Below, piece by piece: positions 17,185-31,963 of a stretch of DNA of 64,000 bases (position 1 is the first letter of the stretch; every line of letters starts with the position of its first letter). The notes under the pieces are model-generated. The model had not been told where the DNA came from, searched no databases, and saw nothing but the letters and a program-made list of their open reading frames with translations. The DNA lies in contig JBBPEB010000030.1 in assembly GCA_039096225.1 (NCBI GenBank), positions 744,001-808,000 of the forward strand. Reading direction: 5' to 3'. The DNA comes from Blastocystis sp. Blastoise. Its lineage: Eukaryota > Protista > Bigyra: Opalinata. A program made the translations under genes and the position numbers.

Positions 17185-18409
17185 ATGCATACATCTGCTA
17201 TTTTTCTAAGTATTATCATTGTTTCATTAACCATGACTGTGAATGCAAATAAACGTATTTTTTTATCATTTATTAAACTATATTATTTTCTGTTTATAGA
17301 CTGTGGTTATTATTCAGATGATTGTGATAGTATGTAGATTATATGAATAGAATCTCTATTATAATAAATAGGTAATTATACTTCATTTAATCTGATGCTT
17401 TATTCAAATGCCAAAGGAGAATTAACACATCTTAATGGTACACTTGGATTTTATGGAGGTGCTTTCTGTTATCCATCTGATAAAGCATTCAATATTAGAA
17501 TCAAGTATATAGAACAAATATTTAAAAATAACATGATCATTATTTATCTTTTTTATAAAAAATATAGTGTTCCTTTTACTTCATGTACTTATGATGGTTA
17601 CACTGGAATTGAAACATGTAAGATTGATGATAAACCTTCTGCATTATTTCAGATGATTGATTCAGAAACTGCCAAGAACAATTTACTTATGGTTTGTAAT
17701 CCTCCTATTAAGAACGGACAAACAATTGATGCACTGTAATTATTTATATATATTATTATTCTTGATATAAATAACTTTTTTTTATCTATTTTAGTCGTTC
17801 TAACTATTCTTGTCCTTTATTTGGTTTCATTGATGTGGTTTTACTCTTAAAATTGACTTTAGGTAATGGAACTGACTCACCTTATTTGAAAATGAGATTT
17901 AATGGTAAATTATATAAAATTTTATAAAATATAATATTATTTATTTTTTTTTAAATATATAGAAACCCATGGTGCTATTCTAACTAATGAGGGTGAAATA
18001 GCCGTTCCTAAAACAGCAGAATCTGGTATTTATTTATTTTTATATTATTTATATTAAATATATTAAATATATAATATATTATTTATATTAAATATATTAT
18101 ATTTATATTAAATGTATTATTTATTATATATTCACTTTAGGTTGTTATGAAGAACCATCAGATTACCTTCGATTACGTATATATATATATATATATATAA
18201 TTATTATTATAATTTCTTATCTACTTTATTCTGTTCATTCTATAATATTTGCTATTATAGCTTTATGGGCAATTATTGTCCTTGGAATAATCTGTGTAGT
18301 AGTAATTATTGCAGTTATATGTATGTTTGTTATTCTGGTTACGGATAACATGAGACGTAATAAAGGTACGAAAGATCAAAAAAATAATCTAATCGCTCCA
18401 ACTGTTTAA
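17185..18409 (+). CDS. Cys-rich type I membrane protein, tandem paralog 1 (8 exons)
   Basis: Signal peptide. LNGTLGFYGGAFC, CNPPIKNG and LPLWAIIVLG TM are shared with paralogs 2 and 3. Confidence 0.82.
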
Positions 18410-19154
18410 TACATAAAAATATTTCTTAATATAATTCACTATACACTCTTGTCTATCTTATATATGATTTTCAGTCTCTCTGTATGTATTATAATAAAAA
18501 ACTTTGATAAATATGTATTAAAATTGTTTTGTAAAAGTTAAACTGTATATGAACTCATCAACATAATAAAAAAATAGGTTTATTCAACATAATCAATATA
18601 AATCATTTGAGACTAGGTATATTATTCTATTATTCATATTTTTTTAAAGAGTTTTAATTAATTCTGCATTTTAACTAAATTGTATTGCATTCTAATAATT
18701 AAGAGAATTCGGAAATCATAATATGTTTCTTAGAAATCGTCATTAAGAGTGATTTTATAAGAATCGACTCAAAATACTTAATAAACCATCATTCATGTAA
18801 TAACTAAATATAAAAGAAGAAAAAATACTTCAAGTATCCAACAAGTATATAAATATATGGAATAGAAACCATTTAGGAAAGAACAACCATTTATAAAAAA
18901 AGTCTTTTCTTTGATTTGTGAAGACAAATATGATAACCAATGAATTTCGTTAAAAGGAGAATAAAAATCAGTATTGATTGGACAAAAAAATAATATTCTT
19001 ATTACCTGACCACGAATGAATACGGGAATACAGTCTCTTTACTCCAAAACACTAAGAATATTCCTGACTATTTCAAATGTATTAATTATTGGATAGAAAG
19101 TAAATTTAAAAAGGAATAGGATATTATTTTTTTTTTGCTTTTTATACTTTGAAA

Positions 19155-20386
19155 ATGAAGGCTATACTTTTCTTTGTTTTCCTTTGTTTTTCTCTTGCTC
19201 ATAAAGAAAACAAAAGTATTATTCTTATTATAAATAATCTATTGTGTTATACAATTTAGAATGTGGTACCTACGATATGGGTTGTGAAAACAGTATGATT
19301 ATATTGCTATTTTTATTTCTAATTAAGAAATAGGTCTTTCTTTAACTGGTATTTTATCTTCTAATGAAAAAGGTGACTTAACTCGTCTTAATGCTACTGT
19401 TGGATTTTATGGTTCAGAGAGTTGTCTTCCTGCTGAAAAAGCTTTCAATGTTAGAATCAATGTTCCTTTCTCTCGTTGCTCATTTAATACTACTTCACAA
19501 GCAGATTCCTGTAATTTATCTTCAGGGGTCTCAGCTTATTTTGATATGATTGATGAAGCTACTTGTAAATCTCAATTAGGTATGGAATGTGTTCCTCCTG
19601 TTCATAATGGTGAAACCATAGATGCTCTGTATGTATATATATATATATATATTAAATATTTATGAATAGTCGATCTATCGTTATTATATATATAAATATT
19701 AATTAAATTTTTATTTCTCAATGTAATTCTAATAATTTTAAATTAATTATAATTCTCTAAAGTCATGATAATTATACTTGTAAGATTGGTGGTCTTCTTG
19801 ATGTTATGGAAGTTATTAAATTAAATCTTGGACCAGGCGACACAGTTAAATATCTTCAATTTAAATTTAATGAAACACATGCTTCTATTCTTCTTTCTGA
19901 TTCTGATTTAGCTATTCCTAGAACTGGAGATACTGGTATATTTATAGTTTTAATATATGCTGTTATTGTTTTTTTTAATTATTTTTTATTATATTTGCTA
20001 TTTTATAACTTTCTTCTTCTTATTTTTAATTCTTTTAATAATATCATATTTATATATATAATCATAATCATCATTATAATATTCTATATAGGTTGTTTTG
20101 AACATCCAAGAAAACATGATGGCTTACGTATATATATTATGACTATATTTATATCTTCACATATATATTCTATTTAAAAAAAATATATACTATTTATATA
20201 TATTATAAAAATCAAGTGTTATTGATTTTTTCTATATATATACCTATTTGGGTTATTATTATTATTGCTATCGTCTCTATTGCTCTTGTTATTCTTGTTA
20301 TTGCCATATTTATTCATTTAATCAAGGATCATAAAAAGAATTCAAAAGCTTCAGAAGATCAAAAAGACGCACTAGTTAATGTTTAA
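19155..20386 (+). CDS. Cys-rich type I membrane protein, tandem paralog 2 (6 exons)
   Basis: RLNATVGFYGSESC, CVPPVHNG, LPIWVIIIIAIV TM. Confidence 0.82.
20128..20243 (+). other. Probable GT-AC intron homologous to GT-AG introns of paralogs 1 and 3
   Basis: TTAC|gtatat...tatatac|CTATTTGG, versus TTAC|gt...tatag|CTTTATGG (18177-18260) and TTAC|gt...tatag|CTAAATGG (21905-21994). An in-frame AAG at 20214-16 is a possible alternative acceptor. Confidence 0.65.
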
Positions 20387-21054
20387 AGAATTCATATTCA
20401 TCTTTGATTTCATTGTCATTTGAACTATTCAAGTCATATATATATATTTGTTCTTTTTTTCTCAAATTTTATTATCTCAAAGTATTTATCATAATCTATA
20501 TACGAGAAATAACTTTTCATACTACATTACAACAGTCATACACTATTTATTTAAAAAGTCTCAACACAATTATCTTACAAATAATACTAGTTTCCATACG
20601 TTTCATATATTCAGTTCATATTAACATAGAATCTCTTATAATCCATGTAGAATCAAATAGTGAATGCAAATCTTTAGAGTCAGACACAACTTATATCTCC
20701 TTATCATGATAATCTTAGCATAGATATAGTTCATATATAAAAAACAAGAAACGTATATATTAAAAGTGTGCTATTCTGCATAAAAACGTATGGAATTATT
20801 ATTGTTGTGTTTTAAAAAAAAAACAATAACCTTTTGCTTCATTGAATAAAAATGAAGAATAAATCACGGTTTTATTTGCGATTTGACTAGAGTTAATAGA
20901 ATTATACACGGTTTTTCTTGTGAAGTCAGTTTTCTATGAAGAATTCCATTCGGTTCTATGAAAAAGAAAATGAAATTTTAAAAAATCATAAAAGATATAT
21001 AGAGAAGATCTTCATATATCTCTATTATTTAAGATTATAAATTATATATAAAAT

Positions 21055-22143
21055 ATGAGACATTTATTGTTGATAGTACTCGCACTTGCTAGTGTTGTTT
21101 TTAGTCAGAATGAAATCGAAAAATGTGGAACTTTCAATCAAGGTTGTACAGATGGTATTTCTGTAAATGCTGTTGTTTATTCTAATGAAATTGATGAAAT
21201 TCAAAGACTAAACGTTACTATTGGGTTCTATGGAGGCAATGTATGCTATCCTTCTAATAAAGGATTTAATGCGCGACTTGATATTCCATTCACTGATTGT
21301 GTTCATAATGAAACATCTAATGCTGAATCTTGTATTTTGTCTGATGGTATTAAAGTATATGTTGACATGATTAGCGTTGATAACTGTGAAAAATTATTAA
21401 ATATGAAATGTGACCCTCCAATTCATAATGGAGAAATTGTAGATGGATTACATGGTAATTATACATGCAAATTATATGGTTATTTAGATCTTTTTAATGT
21501 AATACAATTAAACTTTGGCGATGGAGGTGTTGTCTCCTTTATTCAACTAGCTTTCAATGGTATGAAATATTTTATATTGATATTTTATATTGATATTTTA
21601 TATTGATATTTATATATATATATTTTATTGATATTGATATTTTATATATATTGTTTTTTTTATTGATATTGATATTGATATTTTATATATATTTTTTATA
21701 TTGATATTGATATTTATATTATATATGCATTTATATTTAAATATTGTATGTATATATATAGAAACAAATGCATCAGTTGTATTAGACGATGGATTAATCA
21801 CAATTCCAAGAATTGGAAATTCAGGTATATATATATATAAATTATTATATATATATTAATATATTAAATAGGTTGTTATGAGAAAACTCCATCAATTGAT
21901 TTACGTATATATATATATATCATTATCATTATCACCATCTTTGAATTCATTTTTTATTTAAATAATAATAATAATTAATATTATATATATATAGCTAAAT
22001 GGACAATGGCTATTTTAGGACTTGTTGCTATTGTTGCTATTATTGGAGTACTTATATTCTTCATTAACTTATTCCGTATGAAAATTAAATCTAGAAATAG
22101 TCCTATTCCTGAAGAACAAGCGCCTTATGTTTCTATACCTTAA
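21055..22143 (+). CDS. Cys-rich type I membrane protein, tandem paralog 3 (4 exons)
   Basis: RLNVTIGFYGGNVC, CDPPIHNG, LPKWTMAILG TM. Confidence 0.84.
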
Positions 22144-22709
22144 GTTCATTCTTTATACTTTTTTCTCATATCATAGATATTTTTTATATATAACATATCT
22201 TGTTTCATATTATTTAAAAAATGTTATTTCTTATAGATGCTATTATTAATATCGTGTTGACTTCACATTATTATTTCTCTTTAATTAAATAAACTATATT
22301 CTATAATTGACGATTTGAAAACAGAATTAGTATTTTCTATTCAATGAATTGAAATTCTATTTTATTTCAATTTGACATATGTCATAATGAATAATAAAAA
22401 CATATGCTCTGAAAAACAATGAATAAAAACAATTTATTCAAATCATAAATAAAAGTTTTCATTGAATTATCTAATCTTAACTCTTCTACTCTGATCGTAA
22501 AAACGTATACTATATATATTAAATCCTTTGAACAAATATTCATCAATAAATAACAATTATTAATTAAAAAATAATTTTCTCGAAATAATACAAAAATATA
22601 GCCAAAAAGTACATAAAAACTGTGGAATTATTTCTATTCTTTTATAGTTCCTCTTAACTGTAGGAAAATCAATAATCAACATTGTTGAATGTCAATTCGA
22701 GAAGAAAAA

Positions 22710-25069
22710 ATGCATCTCTACAATCTGACACTACGATCTTCATCTACTCCATCCAATGTTACATCAGGTATTCGTTAAATAACTTAAAATTTGTTAGCTA
22801 TTCATATAATTAGGACATTTTACTTGTTCTGGATGTGTTGAGTACGCTGTTGTAAGCGGTTCTTATCTTCATTTGTATTCTATTCAAAATGATATACTTT
22901 CACTTATTTCTACAACAAGCACATTTGGTCAAATTATAAATATTCTTGCAATCAAGTTGGATCGTATATCTAACAACTGATTTTTTATTAAATTTTCTAT
23001 CATGGATCGTTTTCTTTATTTATTCATTATTCATTTATATATTTTATTCGTTTATTTTAAATATGTATTGTATCTGTTAATTCTTTAATGCTTTTTTTTA
23101 TAGATTTTCAAAGAGATTCGCTTTTAATTACTTCAGATTCAGGAACTATATCCTTATTAAATTATAATGAATCAGTTAATCTTTTTCAGAAAGTCGGTGA
23201 ATATCAGTATAGCAATCCTGGTTGTCTTCGTAAACAATATGGTTATGAAATCAGTTATTCTTCTTTTAGTCATCGAATCATGCTAAGTAAATAATCAAAT
23301 TATTCTTATTTTTAACTATATTTATATATTCATTTATTTTAACTATATTTATATATTCATTTATTTTAATTATTGTTATATATTCATTTATTTTAATTAT
23401 TGTTATATATTCATTTATTTTAATTATTGTTATATATTCATTTATTTAAACTATAGTTACATATTCATTTATTTAAACTATATTTATATATTCATTATTT
23501 TAACTTTATTTATATATTCATTATTTTAACTATATTTATATATTCATTATTTTAACTATAGTTATATATTCATTATTTTTAACTATAGTTATATATTCAT
23601 TATTTTTAACTATAGTCATATATTCATTATTTTTTACTTCATTTTGTTGTAACCTAAAAATATTTCTAAAAAAATTAAATATCTATATAGCTGGAATAGA
23701 AAAAAATATTTTATTTTTAACACTTACTGAAATGGGTGATGAAGTTGTATTTTCCCGTGGGAATTCTGTGGATCATGAGTGTTCTGTTTTCTATAAAAGT
23801 GGTTTTTTATGTTATAATCAAGAAGGAGATATATTTTATAGTATAGAAGGCAATTATAAACAAGATATAAATCAAAGAGTATATATATATTTTATTTCAT
23901 TTATTAATCATTATATCTATTTATAATATACATATTGTTCTAATATATTCATATATTTGGTATTAATATATTAATTATATATATGTATAGATCTTATATT
24001 ATTATATATTCAATTCAAATACTCAGGAAATGACTTCGTCTTCTTTTATTCTTCAAAATATTCCCACATTTGTCACTAATCGTATTTTTCTAAAATATTT
24101 TTTATCTGATTATTAATATATTATATTATTGATATATAAATATTTTGTTAATAATATACATGTTTTTTTCTCTTTCATATGGTACTACTCTATAACTATA
24201 TTACTATTGAACATAGTTGTAGAATTCTCTTTATATTCTTTATATATATAGTACCTTTCCCCTCTACTACAGAGGGATTGCTTTATTTCACTAGCAGTCG
24301 ATTTATACTTCATGACTTGAAACACGAAGAAATGACTCTCTCTCTTCCTCTCCTCTCCGAAACAGATGAACCTCTTATTGTGAACGCAACTTATTCCATT
24401 ATTAATGTATTTATTATTTATTATATTATTATTTATTATATTATTATTTATTATTTATTTATTATATTATTATTTATTATTATTTATTATTATTTATTAT
24501 ATTGTTATATTATTATTTATTATTATTTACTATATTGTTATATTATTATTTATTATATTGTTATATTATTATTTATTATTATTTATTATATTATTATTTA
24601 TTATATTATTATTTATTTATTATATTATTATATCTATTTTTAGGAAGGAATTCAGTATTTCTTTCAAACAGACAAAGGACATATATATAAGATACTTCTT
24701 TCTATTGATGATTCGACACATGCTATCCGTACAATGACAATCAGTTATTTAGATACTCTTCCTGTATCCATTTACATTCATAGTTTTAGTAATTATTTAA
24801 CTGCATTCACAGAATCTCTTGATAGGTATATATATATATAAGTTTTATTCATACTATTCAATATTATTTCATTTTCACATCTATATACTCTCATTTTTTT
24901 ACCTTATAGTATATCTTTTATTTATATATATATATATAAAAGTATAAGAATCTAGTGAATAACTATTTATAGACATTTAATATATATTCTATATATTATA
25001 ATCATAATATTTCTTTATATAGTGTTGTTTATAAATGTCTTCCTGTCCCATCAACAATATCTTCTATTT

Positions 25070-25122
<53 letters not shown>

Positions 25123-28100
25123 CCTCTTTATTTTACTCCAACTACTCGACAATATTTTGAACCTATTTCTCAATATTATAATTATTCTTCAATATCACGT
25201 AGTTCTATTAATAATAATAATTCTAATTTCACTACTATTCAGTCACTTTCAGGCTATGATGACAATAGTCGTTGGCATTCTTTACAAACAGGTATTAATA
25301 CCAGTTTAACAAAGACTATCTTAAGATTAAATGAGGATATTAAGAAAATATTTTATATAAAGGCTACGAAATCACTTCCAAATCTGATTTTCATTTCATT
25401 ATCAAATTCTACATTTATATATGAAGTTATTATTAATGATTCAGAATTCAAATTAACTTCTTATAAAAATCAAAATTTATTTATATATAATGAACCTACT
25501 ATTTTGGCTTGTAATGTATTGAATGACACTGTTGTCCAAATTACTTCATCAACTCTTTATCAATATAATAAAGATACACCAAAAATTATTGAAAACACAA
25601 AAAGCAGTAATTTTAATTTTGCTACTTATAATTATAATCAAGTATATTTATAGTTTTATGAACTCATTTTTTTTTATTTTTATTATTTATATATAATATA
25701 ATTATTTATATATAATATAATTATTTATATAAATCTTGTTACCATACTCTATATACTCTTCTATATAACGAATACTTATATATACTCTCTATATATATCT
25801 ATAGTTAGTAATAGGTTGTGAGAATGGAAATTTATTATATTATGAAATAGATAAAGATACTTATCTATTTAGTTATATAGATGAACACGATACGACTATG
25901 ATTCTCTCCAGTATTGCTCTTCCTACTTCTCAATCTCTATTAATAGAAGGAAAGAATGATACTTTAAACGATAGTTATATTATATCTCCTTATTTAGTTG
26001 TAGGATACTGTGATTTCACTTATAAAGTTCTTTCTCTCTCTCGTATTTCTGCATTTCATGAATTAGATAAACAATTATTACCTCAAGATCTTTCTTCTCT
26101 TTATGTTACTTATGAACAACATTCTATTCATAATATTAAAAACACATCTAATCCATCTGCATTGTATAAAAATAATAATAATAATAATTTGGCTAATAAT
26201 AATAATACTACTACTAATGATAATATTACTACTACTACTAATAATATTACTACTGCTACTAATAATAATAATAATCCTACAGTAATATCCCCTCATCCAT
26301 CTCAATATACTACTCCTACAAATGCATCGTTATTCTCTCCTCTATCTATACAACCCACTTCTAATAATAATACTCCTCTTCTTACTCCTACTCTTAGTTG
26401 TATCTCTTCCTCTTCTACTAATGATACTCAAAAACAAGATATACCTTGTTTATCTATATGTATAGGACTTAAAGATGGATTATTCATTCAACGAAATTAT
26501 AGAGAAGATAAAAATGATCAAGTTAAAGTCCAATATTCCCTTGGGAATCAAAGTGTTCGATTCTTTGATATTGAGGTTCATAATAATCATTACTTAATTG
26601 TTATTTCTTCTTCTATATATATTTTTTTAAAGAAAAATGGACTTTATCAAATGATTCCTATTAATATTAATCTTCTTTCTTATATTACTTCTTTCCCTAT
26701 ATATACAAATTATGCATGTTTCTTAGGTATTGATAAATCAACTATTTCTCTTTATATATTATCTTCAATCTCTCAATATTTCAGCTCCAGTCAGTCCGCA
26801 CTGAGTCATACTCCTTCTGGTTATTGTTATCTTCCTGATCTCATGAATCATGTAATCGCTTTTTCAGATCAAACTATTCTCAAAGAAACTACAATGGATA
26901 TTGACGAAGATCCAAAAGATCCAAGTAGTGAACATCCTTCCTCTGTAAATCATGATATTCCCGCGGTTAAGAAACAATGGGTAAGTGAAATAACAGTATT
27001 TGATAAAAGTCTTGCTGCAGTAAAACAATTATGTTTTCAAGAGAATCAAAAGATTATTCATATAATACATGCTTCTCTAGACGATCATTCCCACGGTTAT
27101 CTTGTTATTTCAACAGCTGTTCATTATACACAACATCCTCTTCATGCAGATAAAGGATATATATATATTTATAAAATTATGAATAATACGTTATTTTCCC
27201 TTGATTATTGCACACGTCTTGAACTCACAGAATTACCTTCAGCGATTTGTGTAGATGGAAACCTTCTTTATATAGGAGCAGGAAAGAAACTATATATATA
27301 TACATATATGGCACGTAGTCTATTAAAAAAATATGAACTTCAGGTATATATATATATATATATATATAGTTTTAATCATAGTATATGAAATGTGTTTATT
27401 ATTATAGTTTCTATTTTATACTATTCAACATGATTTATATTTTGTTTATATCTGTTCTATTTACGAACTTTATAAATTTATTATATATATATACTCTATA
27501 GTGTGCTAAGAGTTTTATTCATTCGATTTGTATATATGACACTACTATATTTGTAGTAGATAATTATCATTCTATATTATTCTATAATTATAATACAACA
27601 ACGAATAAGTTGCTGAAAATGGCTGAATCTCAATATCCTTATATGATTTCCTGCTGTACACCCCTGGATTCAGACACTCTCTTATGTGCAGACAAACAAG
27701 GTAATCTATTCGCTGAACGAAAACCACAATTTGTATGTGATTCGAAATTATATTTTTTTAATTTTTTTTAATATTTTTTTTTAATATCATATAATTGTAA
27801 ATTTTTTATTTATGAAAATTGCTTATTTTTTTTTTATTCTGTTTTTCTATAAAGTATATATAGTTATTCATCACAATTCATTATATATTCTTATTTTTAT
27901 ATTATATTTCTATATATTATATTTATATAAATTTTCATATTATTATTATATATATATAGATTGATGAGAAGACGATGGCTTCAACTTCTTTGTCTCCATA
28001 TTATGTATATATATATAATACTTGAGTCCTAAGGATATACTATATATAGTCAGTAATGATATGTTCAGATCATATAAATGACATTATTGTGTCTCTTCAA

Positions 28101-28678
28101 AGAACAACACTAATGAGTGACGCACATGAGGTCATCTTATATACAACTATATTAGGAAAGGTTGGAGCTTTAGTACCGTTAGAATCTGTTGAAGATATGG
28201 AGTTATTATCTATGTTACAAGAGTTATTAAAGAAATATAATATCTCTCCTTGCAGTAAACATATGGAACACTATAAAGAACAATATGGAATTATTAAAGT
28301 ATATATATATATATATATATTTGCTTATTTATATTTATATTTATTTTATATAAAATTAATATTTAAATATATATATTGCTATACATAAATTATTCTATAT
28401 CACTTTTATTTATCTATTTTTTTTATTGATGAACAATGTCATATATATATATTAACTCATATATATGTCAATCTTATGTTTATTATTATTTGTTATTCTT
28501 TAATATATTTATGTATATATAGAATATTATTGATGGTGATTTATGTGAAATGTATCCATTATTATCTGTTTCTCAGCAAGTGGAAATTGCGAACACAATT
28601 GGATCAAATATTACACCTCCAAAAATATATAGAAAACTAGAATATGTAAAGAACTCTCTTTTTGAGCATAGAAAATAA
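22710..28678 (+). CDS. SF3B3: Divergent SF3B3/RSE1 (SAP130)-like splicing factor, about 13 exons
   Basis: N-terminus MHLYNLTL, ITSDSG, ADKQGNLF, ILYTTILGKVGALVP and C-terminal KNIIDGDLCE are hallmarks of SF3B3. Contains low-complexity Thr/Asn insertions. Confidence 0.75.
23305..23632. repeat. Intronic minisatellite, ~25-27 bp unit
   Basis: About 12 copies of TATTTTAACTATATTTATATATTCATT-like units. Confidence 0.85.
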
Positions 28679-29354
28679 AACTTTACAATTAATTATAGTA
28701 TACAATTATTATTATTATAAAAACAATGAAATTATTCTTATTTCTATTTATTTATATATTTTTTATACATAATTAATTATAATTTCTATCAGTCAAGTGT
28801 ATCTCATATATTTATTTTTCTATTCAATTTGTCTTGATTTCTTTGCTCTATATTCTTGTGCTAATAAGTTCCACTAATTCCTATATCTTAAAAATAATGT
28901 TGTTGTTTTATTTAGTTTTTGATTTATGATTTGACAAGTTGTATATAATTCTTATACGTTAGCATATTCATAGTTTTCATGATAAAAACGTTTCAATTAT
29001 ACTAAAACACAAAATCATCGAGTATCATTATTAAACTTATTGTTTTAATTCTTGTTTAAAGTATTGGAAAATCATTGATAAAAATAAATTGATTGAGAAT
29101 GTGACAGATTTCACTAAAATCGCGTTATAAAAAATAATAAAAAAAGAAATCGAGCAAAATTTCCAGTTTCTTCCATTGTTGTCATTTTATTTGTTTCTCG
29201 AATTTATGGTGGAGAAAGGGGAAAAACCATGTTTTTTATTAAGAAAAAGAAGTTTTTAATTTTGATTCATTCGTCGTTATACTGTTTATTCAGTGTTTCT
29301 AGTTTATAGAAAGTCAACGAGGGATCCAATAGCTATTTGGGAATACTCAAATAA

Positions 29355-30103
29355 ATGTCAACGAATCAATCTCAACAAATGAAAAATGTAATTATAATGC
29401 CACGATGGCAAGAATTTGTTAGAGGTGGTTCCTGTGCGATACTTAATGTGTTTATTACGTTTCCTATAACAAAATTAATGTTTCGACAGCAACTCAATGG
29501 TAGTAATTGTAGAGTTGCATTGCAAGAAATGTATAGAGAAGGAATTCGAAGTTTGTATGTTGTTTAAAAGAGTTTTACTATTCATTTTTTTGTACATAAT
29601 ATAGATATCGTGGTGTTGCTCCACCCTTATTTCAGAAAACAATTAGTACATCTCTTATGTTTGGTGTCTATGATTATTATATTCAATTATTTGGATATTA
29701 CTTTCGAAATACTCGATTATGTAACTATAAAGATTGTACAAAATGTCGGAAATCCCCTCCTTTCGTTCTTCGTATAATTGCATCTACTTGTTCAGGTATA
29801 TATATATTGTTTTATTCTATTCTAAATAGAATATGAATTGTTTTATTTGAATATATATATTGTTTTATTCTATTCTTAATAATAATATGAATTATTTTAT
29901 TTGAATATATATATATAGGATTAACTGAAGCTATATTAACTCCATTTGAACGAGCACAGACACTTCTTCAAATACCAAAATATAATCAGAAATATCCAAA
30001 TTTTATATATGTATATAAAGACCTTCATCTTAATGAATGTTATACAGGATTTAGGTATATATATTATTATTTTATTATATTATGAACTATATTATTTTAT
30101 TAT

Positions 30104-30135
<32 letters not shown>

Positions 30136-30417
30136 AAGAGCTGTGGCATTAAGGAATATGTTTGGAAGTGGATTGTTTTTGGCGCTTCGTGAGCCTTTTA
30201 CGCGGGCACTTCGGAAAAGTCAAAATTACTATATATGTTGGTATATTATATATAAATATTATTATTATATATACTCTTGAATACATAAATAGTTATATAT
30301 ATATAATAGTTAATATATATATATATATAGTTTAACTGACTTCTTATCGGGTGCAGTATTAGGGGCTGTTATTTCGACATGTACATTTCCTTTCAACGTA
30401 GCTAAGGTGTATCTACA

Positions 30418-30453
<36 letters not shown>

Positions 30454-30456
30454 GAT

Positions 30457-30496
<40 letters not shown>

Positions 30497-30499
30497 GAT

Positions 30500-30537
<38 letters not shown>

Positions 30538-30878
30538 GATAAAATTATATATATATATATTATATATAGTAGATAAAATCATATATATATATATATAGGA
30601 TCTTCATATCGAGACAAAGTCTATATTCAAAGCATGGAAATCTGTTGTTCAGTATATATAAATATATAATATTATATATTTATTATATAAATAAACAAAA
30701 TATACTATATATATATATTATTATTTCAATATTTATATATCTATATACATATAGAGAAAGAGGATCTATACTTGGTTTATATAAAGGTGCAGGCGTCAAT
30801 TTCTTTAGAGGACTTCTTTCTTGGGGAATCATTAATAGTCTCTATGAAGCATTTTCAGTCATGTTTAAGATAGACTGA
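29355..30878 (+). CDS. Mitochondrial carrier, SLC25A51/MCART1-like (candidate NAD+ carrier), 7 exons
   Basis: NVFITFPITKLMFRQQ, LYRGVAPPLFQKT, EAILTPFERAQTLLQ and RGLLSWGIIN match the SLC25A51/52/53 subfamily. Confidence 0.85.
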
Positions 30879-31963
30879 ATAATCGATATACAATCCTTTA
30901 TCTTTATTCATTCTCAATATATATTCTAAATATATAATTATTTTATTTTCTATATATATATTTTTTTCATTTTTCTCATTATTTTTTTATTTAATCACTA
31001 TTTTCATTTTTTTTTGGTAGTTCTTTTTTTTTTATTATTTGTCTCTTTTTCTTGGGAATTCTATAAGTATTCATTATGTATATATAACATATATACTATT
31101 CTAACAGTTATTTATTATTTAGGACATATATTTATCATCCTTTCTTGTTTATGAGTTGAATCCTCTTTTTATTCTTATAATCCACTTTTTTCTTATTGAA
31201 TATCCTATAAAAGGATATTTTCTTTTTCTTCTTTATCATTTTTCTTATATTTACATATATTTCTTTTATTGCCATATTTGAGTTCACGTCATTAGAAAAT
31301 GACTAGAAAAAGTTTTCGTTTGTATCATTTTTTTGAAATTTATTTTTCTTTTTCACTACATATATATATATTTATATTCATTCACATGAGAACTTTCAAT
31401 GCAAGTGAAATAGAATAGCTAGCAACTCTCTTAACTCTTCATTTTTTAAATTTTCTTCCTAAATCAAAAATTCTAAGAATTCTCAGTGAAAAAAAACTTA
31501 GAATCATTTATTACATTTTCTTCCAATACTTATAAAAACAAAATAAGATATCATAACTAGTAATTCCGAACAATATAAACTGTAATGACAGTACAAAACG
31601 AGATTTTTAATTACATACGCTCTATCCGTTATTGGTGCCTCAAAAAAAGGCAACCATAATATAAAAACAAAGAATATAGACTCCGGAAATAAAAACTATT
31701 CGAGAATTCCCATAAATGAATAGGTGTCTCTCTGAAAAACGTTTGGTGAGTCATTGTTAAAACAAGGTTTTTTAATAATATTTTAGTAAAAAAACATAGA
31801 TAATCGTGAATAATTTTGAGTTCATGAGATATAAGTCGAAAATCATAAAAAAGTTTATAAAGTCTACGTTCCTGCTTTTAAACACTCTTGTTGTTACTAA
31901 ACAATAATAGCGAGAGACAGTTGATTTTATAGTTGATATAATATATAAAAACAGTTAGCTGAT

